NCBI GenBank assembly: GCA_036507075.1
Contig: DASXQR010000192.1
Coordinates: forward strand, 1-64,000
Reading direction: 5' to 3'
DNA length: 64,000 nucleotides
Origin: Acidobacteriota bacterium
GTDB taxonomy: Bacteria; Acidobacteriota; UBA6911; JACQSX01
Shown here in pieces: positions 58,131 through 64,000 of this stretch; position 1 is the first letter of the stretch; each line of letters opens with the position of its first letter. A program made the position numbers and the translations under genes. The notes beneath the pieces were generated by a model that had not been told where the DNA came from, searched no databases, and saw only the letters and a program-made list of their open reading frames with translations.

Positions 58131-60926
58131 TCAGTTAACATACACAAACTCATTCGTATTCAGCATCACGTGCGCCAGGTCGGTGAGCGCGGCAAGCCGG
58201 CCTTCCTCCGCAGTGCGCCGCTCAGAGGCATGGGCATTGTGGTAGCTTTGCTGCCGCTGCAGAAATGTCTTCAAGTGGTCCAGTTCCCTGGCATCCGGAT
58301 CACGACTGAGGGCAATTCGATAGAGCAACCGAATCTGCTTGCCCGAATCAGCGCCGGTTTCCTGCAGCACTCGCTCCGCGAAGTGACGGGCTTGAATAAG
58401 CACGAACTCGCTGTTCAGCAACGTGAGAGCCTGCGTCGGCACGGTAGTTACATTTCGCCTCTCACATGTGACATTCAAGTCAGGCTGATCGTGTACTTCA
58501 AACATCGGATACTTCAAACCTCTCTTCCAGTACGCATAGACGCTGCGCCGCCAAGTGGATGGCTCCTCCCGGGTCATGGTCCATTTCCCCTGCCGGTAAC
58601 TTTCTCTTAAAGCCTTGGGGATGGTCGGGAAGAACGGTTCTCCGCCGGCCTGCAAATTGATCTGGCCGCTGGCCGACAGAATGATGTCGCGAATGGCCTC
58701 TCCTTCCAGCCGGCGCAATGGAAATCTCCAGAGTTGAACGTTGCTCGGATCCTTCTCCATGTTCGCCTTGCTGGAAAAGGTGGAAGCCATCTTGTAAGTC
58801 GCAGAATTCATAATCAGGCGGTGTATCTGCTTGATGCTCCAACCCTGGCGCATGAACTCGATCGCGAGCCAATCCAGAAGCTCCGGATGGGACGGTCTCA
58901 TCCCCATCTTCCCGAAGTTGCCGGGCGTGGCGACAATGCCGCGGCCGAAATGCCAGTGCCAGATCCGGTTTACCATCACGCGCGCGGTGAGCGGGTTCTC
59001 CAGCGATGTAATCCACTCGGCCAGGGCGCGGCGGCGCCCGCTGCTGATAAACTCACTTTTCGGCGGGCGCGCGATCGGCGGCGGCGTTCCATGAACGAGC
59101 ACCCTCAAATAGCCCGGTTCCACGATCACTGATTTCTGATCCTCAGCCACTTCCAGGCCATTAGCTGCAAAGTAAACCGGCGGCACGCGGTAGGGCCGCC
59201 CCGGCTCCGGCAGGAAGCAGCAGTCGACTCGATAATCGAAGCGGTTCCCTTTGCCCGGCAGCGGCTCATCTCCCGGCCCGTCCGGAGTGAGTCGATAATC
59301 TCCGTCCCGAATTCCTTCAGCGACAGGCAGTGGAGTCGGCAGCTTCTTTACAAGCTCGTCGATCTGCTCGAGAAGCTTCTGCCGCGCCTTGTCGTCAGCT
59401 TCGCTTACCTTTATCAACTGGCGGTACTGCGGGGAAACGACCTGATTGGCTGCCGCGTCCGGGTCCACATCCAGCGACACGATTTGGGCTGCAAGCAACT
59501 TTTGACCGGCCGTCCTTTTCTCTTCCGGTGTCCTGACAGCGACCTGAACCTCGGTAGGAAACCGGGAAAGCTTGCGCTCGAACTCGGCCTTCCGGTACGG
59601 CGCTTCGATTTCGGCGATCCGACGCCGCAGCGGGCGGACCTGCTGATCTATTTCATTTTTCACTCTCTGGAATTCCGCTACTTTAGCGGCCGGCGCCAGC
59701 GGGTGGTCATAGTCCACGTGGCCGAAAAACATTCCCATTGTTCTGTAATAATCCACGCGAGTAATGGGATCGAATTTGTGGTCATGGCAGCGGGCGCAGT
59801 TAACCGAGAGTCCCATGAATCCCTGGAATGTGGTTCGAATAATGTCATCCAGGTATTCGTATCGGTAGTACGGGTTGTCCTTCTCGCGGTAACGCACTTT
59901 TGGACCGATGCGATAGTAGGTCGTTGCGATCAGGCTGTCGTAGTCCCGGTTTTCAAGTTCGTCGCCGGCCAGCTGTTCAAGGATGAATTGGTTGTACGGC
60001 TTGTCCTGATTTAATGACTTGATGACATAGTCGCGGTATTTCCAGGCGTTCGTGTTGTCCCTGTCATGCTCGAAACCCGAGCTGTCGGCGTAACGCACCA
60101 CATCGAGCCAGAACCGGCCCCAGCGTTCTCCATAATGAGGAGACGCAAGCAGGCGATCGATCAAATTCTCCCAGGCCCGCGGTGAGGAATCTTTGACGAA
60201 GGCATCCACCTCTTCCGGGCTCGGCAGAAGCCCGATCAAATCCAGGTAAGCCCGGCGGACCAAAGTATTTCGGTCCGCCTGTGGCGCTGCAACCAGTGCC
60301 TTCTCGTCGAGAGCTTTCTTGATGAAGGCATCAATCGGATTTGCTCTCCAGCGCGCATCTGCAATCTTGGGAATCGGCTGCGGAACGGGTTTCTGGAAAG
60401 CCCACCAATTTCGGTCCTCGTCGTTGATCGTTTTTTCCTGGTAGCCCTTTGCGTAAGTAGCGGTCGCCGTGTCTTTCCCATCTTTGGCGCTGTGCGCCGC
60501 CGCCATGTTTCCAGTGGAGAGATCAGTTGCATCCCAACGTGCGCCCTGTTCAATCCAGGACTTCAGAAGCGCGACTTCCTGGGTGGTGAGCGGAGAGAGC
60601 GGGGCCAGAGGCATGGCGGGCTTCTCGAGGCCGGCGACGCGACGGAACATCCGGCTCGCCTCCGGATCGCCAGGAACGATCACAGGTCCTCTGTCGCCGC
60701 CCTCGAGCATCGAATCGCGCGTGCGCAAATCCAGACCCGACTTGAGTGTTTCGCCGTGGCACTGGAAGCACCTCTGCTGCAGAATGGAAACAGCCTCCTT
60801 ATTTAACGGCTGGATCGAGGCTGGATCCTGACGGGCCGCCAGAAAAACGCAGCCGGATGCGAGCACTGCGAGCGCCGCTACCCAGGGAGTTGCTGATCTT
60901 TCGCCAATACCGGGAGCCATATTCAC
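58131..60926 (-). CDS. Planctomycete cytochrome c + DUF1549 + DUF1553 protein
   Basis: CFQCH, WAF, YGERWGRFWLD, CARCHDHKFDP, PSHPELLDWLA, QALTLLN. Confidence 0.93.
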   Translation of the reverse strand: MNMAPGIGERSATPWVAALAVLASGCVFLAARQDPASIQPLNKEAVSILQQRCFQCHGETLKSGLDLRTRDSMLEGGDRGPVIVPGDPEASRMFRRVAGLEKPAMPLAPLSPLTTQEVALLKSWIEQGARWDATDLSTGNMAAAHSAKDGKDTATATYAKGYQEKTINDEDRNWWAFQKPVPQPIPKIADARWRANPIDAFIKKALDEKALVAAPQADRNTLVRRAYLDLIGLLPSPEEVDAFVKDSSPRAWENLIDRLLASPHYGERWGRFWLDVVRYADSSGFEHDRDNTNAWKYRDYVIKSLNQDKPYNQFILEQLAGDELENRDYDSLIATTYYRIGPKVRYREKDNPYYRYEYLDDIIRTTFQGFMGLSVNCARCHDHKFDPITRVDYYRTMGMFFGHVDYDHPLAPAAKVAEFQRVKNEIDQQVRPLRRRIAEIEAPYRKAEFERKLSRFPTEVQVAVRTPEEKRTAGQKLLAAQIVSLDVDPDAAANQVVSPQYRQLIKVSEADDKARQKLLEQIDELVKKLPTPLPVAEGIRDGDYRLTPDGPGDEPLPGKGNRFDYRVDCCFLPEPGRPYRVPPVYFAANGLEVAEDQKSVIVEPGYLRVLVHGTPPPIARPPKSEFISSGRRRALAEWITSLENPLTARVMVNRIWHWHFGRGIVATPGNFGKMGMRPSHPELLDWLAIEFMRQGWSIKQIHRLIMNSATYKMASTFSSKANMEKDPSNVQLWRFPLRRLEGEAIRDIILSASGQINLQAGGEPFFPTIPKALRESYRQGKWTMTREEPSTWRRSVYAYWKRGLKYPMFEVHDQPDLNVTCERRNVTTVPTQALTLLNSEFVLIQARHFAERVLQETGADSGKQIRLLYRIALSRDPDARELDHLKTFLQRQQSYHNAHASERRTAEEGRLAALTDLAHVMLNTNEFVYVN

Positions 60927-61031
60927 CGCGTCCGCTTACGGTTCTTAGCACCGTGATATATCAGTCTTTAGGCATTTTAAGCTCGCCGGCAAAGCATCTC
61001 AATCATTTTCGGGCTGCCAGTCAAGAAAGGG

Positions 61032-61137
61032 AATTCACCACAAAGGCACGTAGTCGTGCCCGTTGACGTGCTCGTGCTCGTGGACGTAGATGGCTTTTTG
61101 GTTGCGGCAATGCTGCACTGCGCCTCTGTGGTGAATT
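61032..61137. repeat. 9-mer-ended element with one hexamer arm and GGTTGC motif
   Basis: AATTCACCACAAAGGC..GTGCTCGTGCTCGTG..TTTGGTTGCGGC..GCCTCTGTGGTGAATT. Confidence 0.8.
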
Positions 61138-61145
61138 CCGTGGAA

Positions 61146-62747
61146 CTAGGGAACGACCCGGAACGGCGCCAATGCAGAGGCGGACTGGCCGGAGATTTTG
61201 TCGCGAATGCGCACTCGCATTTCATATTCTCCGGGTTGCAGCCGGCTGAGGCTGACCATGCGGGCGATGCGGCAGTGCGGACCGGCAAACTTTACCAGCG
61301 AAGTTACGTCGCGCCAATTCTCGGGTTCGGCGCCCCTGCGCGCCAGTCCATACTCCGCTTTCAATTGCGGACGCTGGTCCTTGGGGTCGACGCCGAAGTT
61401 ATACACCTGCAGATAAAATCCGAGGCTGTCGGCGCTGCGCAGCATTTCCTCGGTTCTCGGAACAACCTTTAAATCCCCCAGCTTGAAGCTGGAAGAGCTC
61501 CCGCCGGGCGCATCTGATTCAATCCTCTCGGCCAGAATCAGAGAGCTGAGTTTCAGCGCGCCTTCTTCAGACCGGGGAACTTCCAGCCGCTGTTCCAGTG
61601 TGCCGATGCGCCTGCTCTCGACGTCCTGCACCACTACTTCCAGCTTGTACAGGCCCGGCTTCAGGATGAGCTGCTTCTGGTAGATGGAAGATGACGTTTT
61701 CGCCTTCTCCCATTGCTCGGCGGCATATTCGCGCTCAATGTCGTCTTCAAAGATTGTTTCCACGCGATTATCAATTCTGGAGACACGCCCGAATACGTGC
61801 ACCCGCGCGCGCAGCACTCCGTGGTCCGGCTTGAAAGTCATCTTGTCATTGGCCACCACCAGCGTCACCGGCACGAGCGCCTGCTGCTCGGTCAAGCGGA
61901 TATAGTCCTGGCGGACGTGGAAAGGAAGCTGGCTGTAGGTGACACGCGTCGCGACGATCGCTTCCAGATCTTTGTAGCGGATTGCCGGCGCCCGGCTCAA
62001 GCCCGCGGAAAGAGACAACTGCTCGAAGGGCTTGTCTTTTATATTCTCAAAGCCCGCCATGCCGGCGTAAGCCCCGCGCCATTCGCCCGAGATGCGGCGG
62101 CGGGTGACGCGATCCTGTTTGTTTGTCGAGCCGGTCATCATTTCCTGTTCCTGCTCATCCTGGGTCAGACCCTGAAGGCCGGAGAGCAGCAGCGCGTCCT
62201 TGCGCTGCTTGTCAAAGGTCAGCTCAAACAGGCCACCGCCTTTGTCATCCACAAATTCCAGCTCAACATCTTCACCCAGGCCTTCCAGACGCCGGTATTC
62301 CCAGCGTTCCATGGGAAAGATGCTGGTCACGCCGCCGCCTTCCTTCCGCTGGCGCGTGTATTGTCCTCCGGCCGGATAAGTTTCGCGGCGGTCCGGCGGC
62401 CCGAATTTTATGTAAATCATCCCCCGATCGCTTTTCCATCCGGCAATCCCGGCGGAAAAATTCTCGTTGGCGTAAACAATGCGGCGGTAGTGTTCTTCTT
62501 TGAAATCGTTCTCGCGCGTGGAAGGATCCGGATCGCGGCGAAGCCAGAACTGCTCAATGAAGGCATCGCGCTCCTCGTCGGTGGTCAGCTTGGAGAAGAC
62601 AGAAGCTTCTTCCTCGGTGATGATCCAGACGACATCTTCATTGAGCCATTTCTTGTAGTACTTGCCGGTGGCCTGCTCCTGTCCGAAAAGCAAAACGGAA
62701 CCGCAGAGAACGCCAAGAACGCCAAGAGTTAAAATGGATCGAGTCAA
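61146..62747 (-). CDS. GWxTD domain protein
   Basis: KWLNEDVVWII, FWLRRDP, EHYRRI.YAN, GWKSDRGMIYI..GPP; start proposed at TTG 62747 after GAGG. Confidence 0.88.
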   Translation of the reverse strand: MTRSILTLGVLGVLCGSVLLFGQEQATGKYYKKWLNEDVVWIITEEEASVFSKLTTDEERDAFIEQFWLRRDPDPSTRENDFKEEHYRRIVYANENFSAGIAGWKSDRGMIYIKFGPPDRRETYPAGGQYTRQRKEGGGVTSIFPMERWEYRRLEGLGEDVELEFVDDKGGGLFELTFDKQRKDALLLSGLQGLTQDEQEQEMMTGSTNKQDRVTRRRISGEWRGAYAGMAGFENIKDKPFEQLSLSAGLSRAPAIRYKDLEAIVATRVTYSQLPFHVRQDYIRLTEQQALVPVTLVVANDKMTFKPDHGVLRARVHVFGRVSRIDNRVETIFEDDIEREYAAEQWEKAKTSSSIYQKQLILKPGLYKLEVVVQDVESRRIGTLEQRLEVPRSEEGALKLSSLILAERIESDAPGGSSSSFKLGDLKVVPRTEEMLRSADSLGFYLQVYNFGVDPKDQRPQLKAEYGLARRGAEPENWRDVTSLVKFAGPHCRIARMVSLSRLQPGEYEMRVRIRDKISGQSASALAPFRVVP

Positions 62748-62824
62748 CTTAGCCTCTAGCTTGGTGCCTTTGTGTCTTTGTGGTTGATAGAAACGAACCA
62801 CCAAGACACCAAGGCACCACGAGC

Positions 62825-64000
62825 TCAAAAATACAATTTCAACGCAAACTGAATCAGGCGCGGATCGCCGTTCTGACCGGTGATCTGGCCGAAGTTCCCC
62901 GATTCCAGGTTGGTGTTGGGATTGGAAAAGTTCACCGTGTTGAAAACGTTGAAGAACTCCGCCCGGAACTGCAGCTCCCTGGACTCGGATATTTTGAAGT
63001 CCTTGAGCACGCTGAAATCCACCAGCCAGAAGCCGGGACCGCGCAGCCACCTGTTTGGTGTGTTGCCTACCGTCCCCAGCTTGGCCGGCTGGAACAGGCC
63101 GGCAAAGTCATCCTGCGTGAAATAAATCACCCGGCCCTGGGCGTCGCGCTTTGTCTTGCCGATATCGTTTGTGTGTCCGTCCACCTTGGCGCCGGGCACG
63201 AAATCAGGTCTATCGCCACCCTGCCAACTGCTCGACTGCGAGCCATACCCGATCCCAAAGGGAAAGGCAGACGCCACTTCGATGATCGAGCTGACCTGCC
63301 ACCCGCCGATGAACTGATTCATAAAACCGCCGGTGGATCCACCAAAGCGCTTTCCGCGGCCGAAGGGAAGCTCGTAAATGAAATTGCTTTTGAAGTCATG
63401 CGTGACGTCATTTCCCGAAACCGACTTGTCCAGATTGCGCTGGAAGAAATCGGTCACGCTCTGGCCGGTCGGCTGCGTGGTGGATGTAATGTCCAGGTTC
63501 TTACTCAAGGTATAGTTGGCCTGCGCCTGCAGTCCATTCAGGAAACGCCGGCTGAACTGTAACTGCATGCCGTGGTAACTCGAGTAGGCCGCGTTGGAGA
63601 CCAGACGCGGTCCGTTCAGGAACTGGATATTCGGGCGAAAAGCATTGTCCCTCAGGCCAACGGCAAGCGGCAGCCAACCGCGCGGGTCTACACCCGCCGG
63701 CAGCGGCGCCAGTCCCGCGGAAGTCAAAAAAGCGTTGGAGTGAAACAGTGTGCTGGTGTCAAACGCCGCGATGGTGCTGGAAAGGTTGTTGTTTCGTATG
63801 TTTGTTTCCACCTGCTGGTCGAAGGTATTGTTGCCGGCCAGGAAGAGCTTGAATAGAGATTGAGGCGCCAGGCCGGCCAGAGATCCCGGCGCGTACTGGT
63901 TCAGGCTGGAAGCATTGGCCGGCGTGGACCCGTACAACGCGGCGATATTCACCAGGGCATTCGGGTTCACGCTGCCGGGAAGCGGCACGCCCGCCTTCGC
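62825..64000 (-). CDS. Oar-like TonB-dependent receptor, 3' part; gene starts beyond the window
   Basis: SSYHGMQ, YELPFGRGK, LRGPG, FRAEFFNVFN, RLIQFALKLYF. Confidence 0.9.
   Translation of the reverse strand, partial: AKAGVPLPGSVNPNALVNIAALYGSTPANASSLNQYAPGSLAGLAPQSLFKLFLAGNNTFDQQVETNIRNNNLSSTIAAFDTSTLFHSNAFLTSAGLAPLPAGVDPRGWLPLAVGLRDNAFRPNIQFLNGPRLVSNAAYSSYHGMQLQFSRRFLNGLQAQANYTLSKNLDITSTTQPTGQSVTDFFQRNLDKSVSGNDVTHDFKSNFIYELPFGRGKRFGGSTGGFMNQFIGGWQVSSIIEVASAFPFGIGYGSQSSSWQGGDRPDFVPGAKVDGHTNDIGKTKRDAQGRVIYFTQDDFAGLFQPAKLGTVGNTPNRWLRGPGFWLVDFSVLKDFKISESRELQFRAEFFNVFNTVNFSNPNTNLESGNFGQITGQNGDPRLIQFALKLYF

Noticed and set aside
62748..63050. Long N-terminal extension of the GWxTD ORF
   Set aside because: It is an alternative frame of the receptor 3' end plus repeat DNA.
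1..64000. tRNA, rRNA, transposase, prophage or anti-phage defence genes
   Set aside because: None recognised by eye; a tRNAscan, Rfam or HMM run would be needed to exclude them formally.

Overview
A GC-rich bacterial chromosomal window. The gene content suggests Acidobacteriota (inference): three Oar-like TonB-dependent receptors, a GWxTD protein, a DUF1549/DUF1553-DUF1501 pair, DUF1080, a sulfatase and a PQQ-type propeller. About 45 CDS cover signalling (Hanks kinase, two HD-GYP proteins, a four-gene two-component operon), an ACP-ketosynthase pair, secreted beta-helix proteins, hydrolases and oxidoreductases, an SPFH-RHH operon with a visible operator, and a GT2/radical-SAM/methyltransferase/GT-C cluster. 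I found no rRNA, tRNA, CRISPR array, transposase or integrase. The most striking signal is non-coding. Most intergenic spaces carry modular palindromic elements built from a shared parts kit: 9-mer ends, a TTGGTTGCGGC hairpin, inverted 6-, 7- and 8-mer microsatellites and several REP-like cores. They nest up to five layers deep (35727-36102), and one family has co-varying 27-bp arms around unrelated 34-38 nt spacers. They also appear to remodel proteins: an in-frame insertion in a GT-C enzyme, the C-terminus of PrpE, the signal peptide of the GWxTD protein, and a truncated esterase. All calls are from motif recognition by eye; no database searches were run.
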